Notes under the pieces: generated by a model
What the model was told of the DNA's origin: nothing
The model's database searches: none
The model's input: the letters and a program-made list of their open reading frames with translations, nothing else
From: Macrostomum lignano
Lineage: Eukaryota
Direction: 5' to 3'
Length of the DNA stretch: 64,000 nt
Assembly: GCA_002269645.1 (NCBI GenBank)
Contig: NIVC01002094.1
Span: forward strand, 62,001 to 126,000
Position numbers and translations under genes: made by a program
Part shown: positions 35,415 through 48,450 of the stretch, one piece after another
Layout: the number at the start of each line of letters is the position of its first letter
Numbering within the stretch: the stretch's first letter is position 1

Positions 35415-37560
35415 TTTATAGCCTTCTCTGCACCCCGAGAGTGGAGAGGCTACGTTTAGCCATGACGGTTTAGTGAGAAATTCTAATCACTGCCCTCCCC
35501 TCTGTATTGGCAAACTCTGCAGCAGTTTAACACTGGATGGCAATTGGCAAATCGAGGGAATCCAGCATGGTTTGTAAAAGCGAAAGATTTATGAAAAGGC
35601 GATGCGATGCAATGAAATACAACCCTACTAAATTAGGCACACCATTGAAATTTTAAGTTTCTCTTAAAAGTACTTTGAAATTTAAATGGCCTAAGAAATG
35701 CATATTTCATTGGTTGTTAGACTGATGCAGACTGTGGTGGTGGAGCTGGAGAATGGAGATACACAAATTCCTCTCAGGGCTGCTAATTGGCCAGAAAGAT
35801 GACGTGATTAAAGCATGAGAAATGATAACAACCATGATAGTATTACTTCCCATGCACAAACCGGCTTTCGAAGCAGGGATCGGCAGATTTTTATCTCAAA
35901 GGCCAGATAAAGAATCCAGCTCATGGCTGCGGGCCAGATGAGAGTGAAAAGGAAAAGGAATAGACTATTAGAAAGGGAGGAGGGGCGAGAGGGGGATAAG
36001 AGAAAAGATAGAAGATATCAGGAGAGACGAGGGGGTGAGGAGAGAGCAGAGAATATGGGAGGAAGAAGCGAGAGAAGGGGAGAGAGGAGGGAGAGGAAAG
36101 AGTAGAGGTGAGAAGAGGGAGAGAGAAGAATGGAGAGAGGAGACATGATCGATGAGAGAGGAAAGTAGAGAAGAGTGAGAAGAGATGAGAGAGGATCAAG
36201 AGGAGAGATTAGAAAGGTAGAGAAGAGAGGAGATAAGAGGGGGAGAGAGGGGAAGAGAGGAGTGAGAAGAGAGGAGATAAGAGATGAGAGAGTTGAGAAA
36301 GAAGACAGGAGAAAGGAGAGATGATAGAGTAAAAGGAAGAGGAGGAGAGAGGAAATAGATTATATTGCACAGATGAGGGAGATGAAAGGAAAAATGAGAG
36401 AGTAGCGATGGGAGATGAAGGAAGAGAGAGCAGAATACAGAGAGACAAGAGAAGAGAATAGAGGGGAGAGAGTATACAAGAGGGAAGAGAAGAGAGGAGT
36501 AGGAAAGAGAGGAGTCAGAAGAGGAGAAAGAAAGAGTACACAGGAGATAGGAGAGTAGAGACGATAGAAGAGAGAGGGGAATGAGAGAGCAAAGATGAGT
36601 GTGAACAAAGGATACATGAGAGGAGAGAGGAGAATGGAGAGAGAAGAGAGAAGACAAGAGAGGGAGAGAGTATAGAAGAGGGAAGAGAAGAGGCGAGAAG
36701 AAAGAAGAAAGGAAAGAGAGTCCTGAGTCAAAAAATGGGAAAGAGAAGAATACAAGAGGAGAGAGGTGAGAGAACATATGAGAGTAAAAACGACAGATGA
36801 CAGAAGGGAGATGAGATAGCGGAAACGAGAGTCAACAGACGAGAGATGGGAGAGTAGAGAGAAAAGAGGAGAGATAAGAAATAAGCGATGAGAGGTGGAG
36901 ACAAAGGAGAGATGAGAAGTGAGTGAGGAGAGAGGAGGGGAGGGGAGAGAATCTGAGTGAGGAGAGAGGATGGGAGGGGAGAGAATCGAGAGGCCAGTGG
37001 AAATTGGTGTAAAGGAGAAGATAGGAGAGGAAAGAGGGGAGAGATTAGAGAGAAGAGAGATGAGAGGAGAAAAGGGGGAGAGGAGAGAGAGCAGATAGAA
37101 ATGAGAAAAGAGAAGACAGAGAAGATAAAAGAAGAGAAATGAGAGATAAGAGAGGAAAGAAGAGAAAACTGAGAGGTGAGGGAAGAGACGATAGAAGAGA
37201 TGAGAGGAGAGAGTGGACAGAGGAGAGGAGAGAGTTGAGAGAAGAGAGGAAAAAGGAGAGAGGAGAGATGAGGGAAGTGTTGAGAGAGAGTACAGTAAAG
37301 AGTGAGAAGAGGGGAGAGGGAACAGAGAGTAGAGAGCAGAGAGAAGAGAGAGCAGAGAAGAGAGAGTAGAGAGCAGAAAGAAATGAGAAGAGATAAAAGA
37401 GGAGAAAGGAGATTTTTTAGATCAAAGACCAGAAAGAAGAGAGGAGGAGAGAGAAAAGAATAGACGGGAGAGGGAAGAGACGAGAGAAGAGGGGAGAGAG
37501 GAGAGAGGAGAGGTGAGAGACGAGAGAGAAGATAGGAAACAGAAGAGAAGATAGAAGTTT
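35415..37560 (+). mobile_element. Dispersed repeat, copy 2 (homologous to 7618-8610 up to ~36570), continuing as a polypurine tract
   Basis: Collinear alignment by eye with copy 1. Confidence 0.7.
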
Positions 37561-38328
37561 CAAAGGATACAAGGGACATAGGGAGAAGCAGAGGTAGAGG
37601 CCAGAGTTTGCCTGACATTCTGGGCAGCACCCCAGCTAATAATTTCAATATTTGCCACAAATCCTAATTTTACATGAATGTACTCTATTTTATTTTTAGC
37701 TCTATCCTAAATTACTAACTATTAATAAGTTTTTGTTTAAGTATGACTTCCGATTGTAGAATACATGCAAAAATAGTTCCAGGGATTGGAGTTCCCCAGG
37801 TTCAAAATCCGCGGGTTTCAACAGCTTGTGCTAGTATAAATACAAGTTTAACTTGTGGCCTAGGCCCTTCACTTCTTTTTTGCCCCACTCTTGAGATAGA
37901 AAAAGTGCTTAAAAAACAAAGTTATTAATTTTACTATTTTAATAGCTTGGGGATGTTTAAATATCCCAAACCTAAATCAGCTTTTTAAGTAGAGAAAATG
38001 CAAAAATGTTAAATAGTTTACCAAACAATTCGAGAAGAATGCCAATAAAATTGATGCCCCAAATCATATATATCTTTTGCATGCTTTTAATATTTTCTTT
38101 TCTTGTCAGATTTCCAAATTGGAACCATATATTTTGAGTCTCTAAAGTCCATATACTAAAATTGGTCTTCTATGGCTAAAATTATACTTTAAATAAAGAA
38201 TCATGGGAAATTTTGCAGTAGATATATTATATAAAAGTAAAGTTGACTTATCTGAATTCTTTAAAAATATGAATATAAAATTTGAATGAAAATAACAACT
38301 GCAATAGTACTATAATAACATTTATATC

Positions 38329-38359
<31 letters not shown>

Positions 38360-39059
38360 TATAAGCAGTTTGTAGCTACTAATTTATATAGTAGCTATAT
38401 TTTTATATTTTTGTGTTTTATTTATATTTTATATTTTGTAATTTATATTTTATATATATTATATATTTTGCATATATAAATTATATAGAGCTACATTAAT
38501 ACAAAAAATATAAATTATGCATTACAAAAACAAATGTAGACTCTTCATTTAATTTTAAAACACATTGTAAAAGATAGATGAGATATGCTTTAAAATTGTA
38601 AAAATAGAATAAGTAAGGAAAAATAAAATTCAAACTTTTAATTTTGTTTATTATACAATAACTATTACGACTGATTGGACTGAATTACATTTTAGCAAGT
38701 CAGATTTCCAATTTTAGTAAAACCGTGTTCGATTTCTTGGAAAGTGATCCATTTTAAAGTCAATCTAAAAATACGCTCTGTTAAACAAATATTTGTTTTT
38801 ATTTTGTACACACAGCGGTATTTTTTTGTAAATATTTTGCTAAAACTAACAGGTTACTTTGAAGTGGTTTGAATTAAATGAAAAAAGCACGTATTGTTGG
38901 CACAGTTTAAATATATTTACGTAAAAGAGTGAATGTTGCTTGAAAATATGAACCATAAGAAGCGTCAGTTTAATCAGGGTTATTTTGAATTAAAAATTAT
39001 TAAACTAAATTTGCTTCTTCGTCCTTCAGATCAGCGGTAAAAATAACGGACGGAAAACT

Positions 39060-42000
39060 ATGAACTTTCATATCTTCCACGTGAAATCCAAGATCTTTAA
39101 GAAGCCACCAAAGAATGTAAGCCTTTTATTTGCCAAATCTGTAAAATTATTAGTACTGATATTTTGCATCATGAAATCCCTTAAATTGTTAACTCCGTAG
39201 GATTGGTTCGAGGTTAGAGTCGAAGTAGACTCAGTCAACAAGAAGCTGCTATTTACGGTTCCTCGAGAGTCCAACGAACTTTACGAAGAATACTACGAGA
39301 CTGGCGAGCCGAGCAAAGAGGCCGAAGCAGTCCAGCAGCCCGTCATTGAGCCGCAGTCCATCGACCTGTCTGAGTTCCGTCCACCAAAAATTAAAGGAGA
39401 CGGTAAAGAGACTACAAAGAAAGGCGAGGCATTCTACCGATTGGAGTTGCCCGGCAGGAGTCGCCTCAGCGGCAAGTCGTTGAAGATTTCCTGCCAGGAT
39501 CGGAGCATGTTTCAGGAATTCTGCCGTCAACTCAAGCCGCACTTTAACCTCGGACCCGACAGCGCTCACAACTCCAGCGTGCTCAGCCTCGCCCAACTCG
39601 GCCGGCACCACTCCAGCGACTCGAGTCGGCAGCAGAAGCCGCTACAGCCGCAGTCGGAGGTGCTGGAACTTGACGGCGGTGGCGAGTACGCCACGGTGAT
39701 GGGCGACGGTAACAGTGCGGCTGCTGAGCGACAGATGGAGATGATTGTCGTCACCTCATCTATTTATGAGGCTTTTGAGCTAGGCGAGTGGAAACTGCAT
39801 GGAGCATGCAGCATCTTGCATCCTTTTAAAGAGGCTTAACTGCCTTTTTAAAAACTCTGACATCTTTCTCACTATTATTTGATACCCTCCAGCAGAAGTT
39901 CCTGACAAACTCTTCAGGGAAATTATGGCACCCCTCAAGCGATCCTGACACCCATCAGGAGGTTCTGACTTCCGTTAAGCGATCCTGACACCCATCAGGA
40001 GGTTCTGACGCCTGTCGAAAGATTCTGACACCTCTCGGAAGATTCTGACACCTCTCGGAAGATTCTGACCCCTCTCGGAAGATTCTGACACCTCTCGGAA
40101 GATTCTGACACCTCTCGGAAGATTTTGACACCTCTCGGAAGATTTTGACACCTCTCGGAAGATTCTGACCCCTCTCGGAAAATTCTGACACCTCTCGGAA
40201 GATTCTGACACCTCTCGGAAGAGTCTGACACCTCTCGGAAGATTCTGACACCTCTCGGAAGATTCTGATACACATCAGGAGATTCTGACACCCATCATGA
40301 GATTCTGACACCTCTCAATATGAATTTCTTATAAATACCTGATACTCTTCTACCGGACACTGATACTCTTCTACCGGACACTGATACTCTTCTACCGGAC
40401 ACTGAGACTCTTCTACCGGACACTGACACTTCTAAACGCTCTAAACTCTCAGTTATAACTCCGATAACCCTCTAATGCAAAACCCAATCGCCTCAATTTA
40501 AAAATATACACAGAACGCTGCTTCCAAGTGACCTTCGATAGCATTCGCTCGGACTCCGATCTGCCGCAGTCACTTCGTCAGCTGCGCAGTGGTGATCCGC
40601 TGCATCTGTACGTCGGTGTCAGCAAGCTGGAGTTGTTAAACAGGGAGAAATGCCCTCTATGCGACTGGCCATTGACACAGATTCGTAGGTGAGCCTGCTA
40701 TGCTATAGCTTCATTGAGGCAGTTGCTGCTAGATAAATACTCGTAATATTGCAATATTTTGCTTTTTGGTTTTTGGAAAGCATACTGAAACTGACCACCA
40801 GGACTCAAAGAGACACTAAGACACTGATGCAGTGGGGGAGCTGGGAGGGAGAGATGGGAGGGTGAGATGAGAGGGGGAGATGGGAGGGAGAGATGGGAGG
40901 GTGAGATGAGAGGTAGAGATGGGAGGGAGAGATAGGAGGGGGAGATGGGAGGTAGAGATGGGAGGGAGAGATGAGAGGGTGAGATGAGAGGGGCGATGGA
41001 AGGGGGCCAGAGCAGCTCAGCCGTACCGATCTGGCTCTGCTACCCGAGTCCCGCGGTTCGATTCTGTCCGCGGCCAGCGGTCACATTAACTTGGTGCAGG
41101 CTCGATGGAATGAGAACATGAGAACAGCCGTCCCCCTCCCTCCTTAGGCACAGACAGTTCACTGGCTAAACGGCTGTTAACTCGGCTGTTAACTAGCTAA
41201 AGATGCATTATTTTTATGCCGACGTCAAATCTTGGGTGTAGCCTAGAACTGAATTTAGCGATTTTAACTCAACAACAGAGTCATTATAATTACTTCTGGT
41301 CATCCATTATTAGAACTGAACTTAAAATAGCTCACTCAGAACCGTGGGTACAGGTTTGCTGGGGTCTGATTCACTTGCAGATGAATTTTATTCACTGCAC
41401 AGCACAGGGCTTCAGTGTGTGTGTATCAAATCTATACTAATCTCAAGCATAGCGTTTATCTACTTGTGGCGGTCTTCTAAGTCAAGTTGTGCTAACCAGC
41501 TGTTGGAATTATTCTAATATAAACTTCCTTTAACTCCGCTAATGCGGTGCACACACACACACACACACTGCAGTTATGCTTGCAGCTCTCGAATAGCTTC
41601 ATGGATATTTCTGAAGCGATGTTGCAGGCTGCCAGAGTGTGCACAGAGCCCCCTGTTTATAAATGTATGTTCGAGCCTGGGTGGCGCCATCTGTGCAGCA
41701 CATTCCTACCTTGCTGTTGGGGTTGTACCAGTACCGAATAATACATACCGGTATTCGTACTTGAACTCGCTTTCATTCAGAAACTATTTCATATGCAATT
41801 TTTCGACGAGTTATTTCAATTTTAAGAGAGAAGGAGGCAGTAGACAGTGAGAAGGAGACGGTAGACAGTGAGAAGAAGGAGACAGTAGGCAGTGAGAAGG
41901 AGACAGTAGGCAGTGAGAAGGAGACAGTAGGCAGTGAGAAGGAGACGGTAGACAGTGAGAAGAAGGAGACAGTAGGCAGTGAGAAGGAGACAGTAGGCAG

Positions 42001-44701
42001 TGAGAAGGAGACAGTAGGCAGTGAGAAGGAGACGGTAGACAGTGAGAAGGAGACAGTAGACAGTGAGAAGAAGGAGACAGTAGGCAGTGAGAAGAAGGAG
42101 ACGGTAGACAGTGAGAAGAAGGAGACAGTAGGCAGAGAGAAGGAGGCAGTAGACAGTGAGAAGGAGACAGTAGGCAGTGAGAAGGAGACAGTAGACAGTG
42201 AGAAGGAGACGGTAGACAGTGAGAAGAAGGAGACAGTAGGCAGTGAGAAGGAGACAGTAGGCAGTGAGAAGGAGACGGTAGACAGTGAGAAGGAGACAGT
42301 AGACAGTGAGAAGAAGGAGACAGTAGAAAGTGAGAAGGAGACAGTAGACAGTGAGAAGGAGACAGTAGACAGTGAGAAGGAGACAGTAGGCAGTGAGAAG
42401 GAGACCGTAGGCAGTGAGAAGGAGACAGTAGACAGTGAGAAGGAGACAGTAGACAGTGAGAAGGAGACAGTAGGCAGTGAGAAGGAGACCGTAGGCAGTG
42501 AGAAGGAGACAGTAGACAGTGAGAAGGAGACAGTAGGCAGTGAGAAGGAGACAGTAGGCAGTGAGAAGGAGACAGTAGACAGTGAGAAGGAGACAGTAGG
42601 CAGTGAGAAGGAGACAGTAGACAGTGAGAAGGAGACAGTAGACAGTGAGAAGGAGACAGTAGGCAGTGAGAAGGAGACAGTAGGCAGTGAGAAGGAGACA
42701 GTAGACAGTGAGAAGAAGGAGACGGTAGACAGTGAGAAGGAGACAGTAGGCAGTGAGAAGAAGGAGACGGTAGACAGTGTGAGGGAGACAGTAGACAGTG
42801 AAATAAGACGGTGACAGTGAGTCACTCCCCATCTCACTCCCTCATTCCCCAGCTTCAAGCACAACGACCAGCAGGTGCAGTTGGACGTCGGCACCCGCAC
42901 AATCACCGGCCGGTCCCTGCTGTCCTTCAAGTTCGACTCGCTGGGCCCGTCAGCTGCCGCCAGATTCGCTCAGGTGCTGGCTAATCACTTGGCCTTGCCG
43001 CCGGAGTGCCCCTGTTGCCATGGTAGCGAGGGCAGAGGCAGGCGCGGCCTGTCCGGGCACCAACTCGGCCGGGATCAATTGGCGGAATCGGATGATGACA
43101 AAGACAGCTCCGAGGTGACAGACAAGGATGAGCAAGAGGACAATGGCGCGGCCTCCTCTGACGGCCTCCGCTCGAACCCCTGCTACCACGAGGAGGAGGT
43201 GGAAAGTTTGAATAGCAAACCGGCGAAAACTAAGGATAAGGTTAGTGGGCTTGGCTTGGCGCCAACTAAGACACAAGATTTGGCGCCAATTAAGACAAGA
43301 TTTGGCGCCAAATAAGTCACAAAATTCGGCGCCAATTAAAGCACAAGATTTGGCGCCAATTAAGACACAAGATTTAGTGCCAATTAAGACACAAGATTTG
43401 GCGCCAATTAAGACACAAGATTTGGCGCCAATTAAGACACAAGATTTGGCGCCAATTAAGACACAAGATTTAGTGCCAATTAAGACACAAGATTTGGCGC
43501 CAATTAAGACACAAGATTTGGCGCCAATTAAGACACAAGATTTAGTGCCAATTAAGACACAAGATTCGGCGCCAATTAAGACACGAGATTTGGCGCCAAT
43601 TAAGACACAAGATTTGGCGCCAATTAAGACAAGATTTGGCGCCAATTAAGTCACAAAATTCGGCGCCAATTAAAGCACAAAATTTGGCGCCAATTAAGAC
43701 ACAAGATTTGGCGCCAATTAAGACACAAGATTTAGTGCCAATTAAGACACAAGATTTGGCGCCAATTAAGACACAAGATTTGGCGCCAATTAAGACACAA
43801 GATTTGGCGCCAATTAAGACACAAGATTTAGTGCCAATTAAGACACAAGATTTGGCGCCAATTACGACACCAGATTTGGCGCCAATCAAGACACAAGATT
43901 TGGCGCCTATAAGGACACAAGATTTGGCGCCAATTAAGACACAAGATTTGGCGCCAATTAAGACACAAGATTTGGCGCCAATTAAGACACAAGATTTGGC
44001 GCCAATTTAGACACAAGATTTGGCGCCAATTAAGACACAAGATTTGGCGCCAATTAAAGCACAAAATTTGGCGCCATCTCAATAAAAATCGAATATTAAT
44101 GCCATTGATTTATACTACACAGAATTTTAAAATTGTTTCTACAAATCTAAAAATACTGTTATAGCCAAACTGCACTACTCGCCAATGCGATCAGTAGTCT
44201 AATGCGATTTCCTATCATATTTTCAAGGTTAGTAAAGTGAAGACATCGAGAGAGCAGCGGCAGCAGAGGAAGCGGATGCTGCGGCAGACCAGGATGAAAT
44301 CGGCAGAGCCCGACTACTACAGTTCGGTTGTGCGCAAACCGCAGTCAGCTTCCGTAAAGCTGTCGCAGGTCAGTCCGCCGCCGCCGCCCGCCGCTCTAGC
44401 CGCGGCCGCTTCCTTCGCGGAGTCCAATTCGCCGTCTGTGGAGCAGCAGCAGCAGCCGCGGCCGAACTCGCTGGTGCCACCAAACCGGCAGACGTCGGTG
44501 GAGACCATCAGCGTCACCCCGCCAGCGCCGCCGCCGCCGCCACGGACAATGGACGATGCCTATGAATCGGTTGTGGCGATTCCGCCAGCCGAATTCGCTG
44601 ACGATGTCAAAATTGCGATGCAGTTTTCGGACGCCTACGTGCAGGAGCAGCAGAAGAGGGTGATGGCGCAGAAGACGCAGAAGAAGAAGGCCAAGAAGTA
44701 G
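39060..44701 (+). CDS. PH-like + IRS-type PTB adaptor (Dok/IRS/FRS-like); exons 39060-39116, 39201-39708, 40514-40688, 42853-43240, 44228-44701; ~533 aa
   Basis: PTB-like core RCFQVTF...LHLYVGVSKLELL...DWPLTQIR|SFKHNDQQVQLDVGTRTITGRSLLSF. The N-terminal segment is PH-like (less certain). The tail has Tyr motifs (NPCY, DYYSSV, DAYESV) and polyproline. Splice phases 0,1,2,0 give an uninterrupted frame. Confidence 0.75.
39925..40430. repeat. Intronic minisatellites: 20 bp (GATTCTGACACCTCTCGGAA) and 21 bp (CTGATACTCTTCTACCGGACA)
   Basis: Read directly. Confidence 0.92.
41005..41197 (+). mobile_element. tRNA-derived SINE-like element, second family, intronic
   Basis: GGCCAGAGCAGCTCAGCCG (A-box-like), GGTTCGATTC at 41055-41064 (B-box), non-tRNA body and a tandem CGGCTGTTAACT tail. 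Confidence 0.6.
41838..42810. repeat. 21/24-bp intronic minisatellite (GAGACAGTAGACAGTGAGAAG)n
   Basis: Read directly. Confidence 0.95.
43255..44080. repeat. 24-bp intronic minisatellite (GATTTGGCGCCAATTAAGACACAA)n
   Basis: Read directly. Confidence 0.95.
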
Positions 44702-44789
44702 AGAACTGGCGCTGCGGCGGCTGAATGGACAGCGGAGTTGAGTGACAGGTAGGCTTTAGGTGGCTGACTACTCGAATAGCATGCTATAG

Positions 44790-46080
44790 ACTATAGAGTG
44801 ACAGTCTAGAGAGTGACAGTCTAGAGAGTGACAGTCTAGAGAGTTACAGTCTAGAGAGTGACAGTCTAGAGAGTTACAGTCTAGAGAGTGACAGTCTAGA
44901 GAGTTACAGACTATAGAGTGACAGTCTAGAGAGTGACAGTCTAGAGAGTGACAGTCTAGAGAGTTACAGTCTAGAGAGTGACAGTCTAGAGAGTTACAGT
45001 CTAGAGAGTGACAGTCTAGAGAGTTACAGACTAGAGAGTGACAGTCTAGAGAGTGACAGTCTAGAGAGTGACAGTCTAGAGAGTGACAGTCTAGAGAGTG
45101 ACAGTATAGAGAGTGACAGTCTAGAGAGTGACAGTCTAGAGAGTGACAGTCTAGAGAGTGACAGTCTAGAGAGTGACAGTCTAGAGAGTGACAGTCTAGA
45201 GAGTGACAGTCTAGAGAGTGACAGTCTAGAGAGTGACAGTCTAGAGAGTGACAGGGTAGAGAGTGACAGTCTAGAGAGTGACAGTCTAGAGAGTGACAGT
45301 CTAGAGAGTGACAGTCTAGAGAGTGACAGTCTAGAGAGTGACAGGGTAGAGAGTGACAGTCTAAACTCTAAAGAGTGACAGGCTAAAGAGTGACAGTCGA
45401 AACAGGCTGTAGTGACAGGCTAGAGTGACAGACTAGCTGAGTGACAGGCTAAAGAGTGACAGTCGAAACAGGCTGTAGTGACAGGCTAGAGTGACAGACT
45501 AGCTGAGTGACAGGCTATTTAAATGACATGCTAGAGAGTGACAGACTAGAGAGTGACAGACTAGAGAGTGACAGACTAGAGAGTTACAGGCTAGAGAGTG
45601 ACCGACTAAAGAGTGACAGACTAGAGCTTGAGTGACAGTCTAGAGAGTGACAGCCTAGAGAGTGACAGCCTAGAGAGTGACAGCCTAGAGAGTGACAGAC
45701 TAGAGAGTGACAGCCTAGAGAGTGACAGACTAGCTGAGTGACATGCTAAAGAGTGACAGCTGCTAAAGAGTGACAGACTAAAGAGTGACATTCTAAAGAG
45801 TGACAGCTGCTAAAGAGTGACAGACTAAAGAGTGACATGCTAAAGAGTGACAGTTGCTAAAGAGTGACAGACTAAAGAGTGACAGGCCAAAGAGTGACAG
45901 CTGCTAAAGAGTGACAGGCTAAAGAGTGACAGACTAAAGAGTGACAGGCTAAAGAGTGACAGACTAAAGAGTGACAGGCTAGAGAGTGACAGACTAAAGA
46001 GTGACAGGCTAAAGAGGGACAGTCTAGACTGGCTAGAGTGACAAAATAGCTGAGTGACAAACTAGAGAGTGACAGACAAC
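44790..46080. repeat. 15-bp minisatellite (GTGACAGTCTAGAGA)n and degenerate derivatives
   Basis: Read directly; the AGAGTGACAG core is shared, inverted, with 52310-52530. Confidence 0.93.
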
Positions 46081-46559
46081 AAATCATGAATGCTTTCAGA
46101 CAGGCAGCCACGCCGCTCGCAGCTGTGACAGCCCAGTGCATGCTTAACGTCCAGTGACTTTAACAAAGCAAGGCTATTTAGATTACCCAGTAAAATCAAT
46201 TATAAAAAATTATGAAATCCCCAGTTGATTCGCTCCCAATGTGAGTTAAACTCGAAAAACTGTGTTTTACTTTAATCACTTTGAAATACTGAAATTGCAG
46301 TGCCCTTCTGCAGTTTATGCAACAACACTATAAATCTATTTACCCTGTATACCGGTATGTGCTCGTGACGATTGCCAAAAGTTCACTTGTATGTCTAACA
46401 GCGATTTGTAAATTTTTCGATTATTACAGAATGATAATTGCTCATTCCAGACAGTTTAAAACTCTACTACTTATAGCAATATAGCGATTAAATAAAGCCA
46501 TTATTTCTTAGTTATGCCTGACAATGACGCATAAATCTTGAATTTATTCAGCATGCAGT

Positions 46560-47100
46560 GATGCCTCCAGCTCTGATCATTGTGGCGCCTCCAGCTCTGA
46601 TCATTGTGGCGCCTCCAGCTCTGATCATTGTGGCGCTGGCACCTCCAGCTCTGATCATTGTGGCGCCTCCAGCTCTGATAATTGTGGCGCCTCCAGCTCT
46701 GATCATTGTGGCGCTGGCACCTCCAGCTCTGATCATTGTGGCGCTGGCGCCTCCAGCTCTGATAATTGTGGCGCCTCCAGCTCTGATCATTGTGGCGCTG
46801 GCACCTCCAGCTCTGATCATTGTGGCGCCTCCAGCTCTGATAATTGTGGCGCCTCCAGCTCTGATCATTGTGGCGCCTCCAGCTCTGATCATTGTGGCGC
46901 CTCCAGCTCTGATCATTGTGGCGCCTCCAGCTCTGATAATTGTGGCGCTGGCGCCTCCAGCTCTGATCATTGTGGCGCTGGCGCCTCCAGCTCTGATCAT
47001 TGTGGCGCCCTCACTCCCTCCAGCTCTGATCATTGTGGCGCCCTCACTCCCTCCAGCTCTGATCCTTGTGGCGCCTCCAGCTCTGATCATTGTGGCGCCA
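46560..47100. repeat. 24/30-bp minisatellite (GCGCCTCCAGCTCTGATCATTGTG)n
   Basis: Read directly. Confidence 0.95.
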
Positions 47101-47809
47101 TCACTGGCGCCTTCCTATTGAGATTTCGAATCATATAACACTTAGTAATATTATTAAGAAGCGACTTGAGCAAATCCTACTCAATATTTTAGTTAAAATT
47201 CCAACCAGATTTTCATGATTTGTGAAAACATTTATTAATAGTTAGATTTTATAGCGCAGAATTGTGCAACTGAGGTTTCAAAAACGACTTTTAGCAACTT
47301 TTTTGTGCGGGCAATGATTTGACCTTCATAGTTACAGCATAAGATAGCAACAGACAAGGCCAAATCAAAACAGGAAAGAAAGATGGAATTATTCGAATAA
47401 AATTTTACGCAATCCGAATTACACAAATTAAGTAGACTCGCATTTTACCGTTGTTTAAAAAGAGAAGAAATTGTGGCATACGCGAATGACACTACTACTG
47501 TGCTGTGAGTAGAGCGATGAGTAGGAGGTAAGCCGTTTATGCCGTTGTTTTTTAGCCATTTTTAAACGATATTTTTTATCTACTAATAATTAAAAATAGG
47601 TTAATAAAATACTTTTACTGATGAGCATTTTATTGCACCTTGGAAATTTAATTTAGACAAATTCAAAACTGTACTACGCAAAAGTCTAACACGCAGATGA
47701 TTAATGACGCAAGAATAAAGAGACCGTGGCAACCGGTTGAGGCAAAAAGGGAGACGAATCAGCGCTGAGTTCACTGAGAGCCTTCTAACGAGCGATATGA
47801 GCGGTCAGG

Positions 47810-48382
47810 GGGTGCTGGAAGGGGTCAGGGTCTGCTGAATGGGGTCAGGGGGTGCTGGAAAGGGTCAGGGGGTGCTGGAAGGGGTCAGGGGGTGCTGGAA
47901 GGGGTCAGGGGGTGCTGGAAGGGGTCAGGGGGTGCTGGAAGGGGTCAGGGGGTGCTGGAAGGGGTCAGGGGTGCTGGAAGGGGTCAGGGGGTGCTGGAAG
48001 GGGTCAGGGTCTGCTGGAAAGGGGTCAGGGTCTGCTGGAAGGGGTCAGGGGGTGCTGGAAGGGTCAGGGGGTGCTGGAAGGGTCAGGGGGTGCTGAATGG
48101 AATCAGGGGGGCTGGAAGGGGTCAGGGGGTGCTGGAAGGGGTCAGGGTCTGCTGGAAGGGGTCAGGGTCTGCTGGAAGGGGTCAGGGTCTGCTGGAAGGG
48201 GTCAGGGTCTGCTGGAAGGGGTCAGGGAGTGCTGGAAGGGGTCAGGGTCTGCTGGAAGGGGTCAGGGGGTGCTGGAAGGGGTCAGGGGGTGCTGGAAGGG
48301 GTCAGGGGGTGCTGAATGGAATCAGGGGGTGTTGGAAGGGGTCAGGGGGTGCTGGAAGGGGTCAGGGGGTGCTGGAAGGGGT
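47810..48382. repeat. 20-bp G-rich minisatellite (GGGGTCAGGGGGTGCTGGAA)n
   Basis: Read directly. Confidence 0.95.
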
Positions 48383-48450
48383 CCCCAATCCGCAGTCAAA
48401 ATGTGTACCAAAATCAGCAGTCAAAGGTTCACTGATGCAGAAACCGATCG

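Noticed and set aside
37600-37900. Candidate first exon(s) of the aminopeptidase (ANIEIISW / LLKPADFEPG)
   Set aside because: Similarity is too weak and no convincing splice sites were found.
41005-41075. tRNA gene call for the A/B-box segments (also 55690-55758)
   Set aside because: The cloverleaf is incomplete and each is followed by a non-tRNA body, so they are treated as SINE heads.
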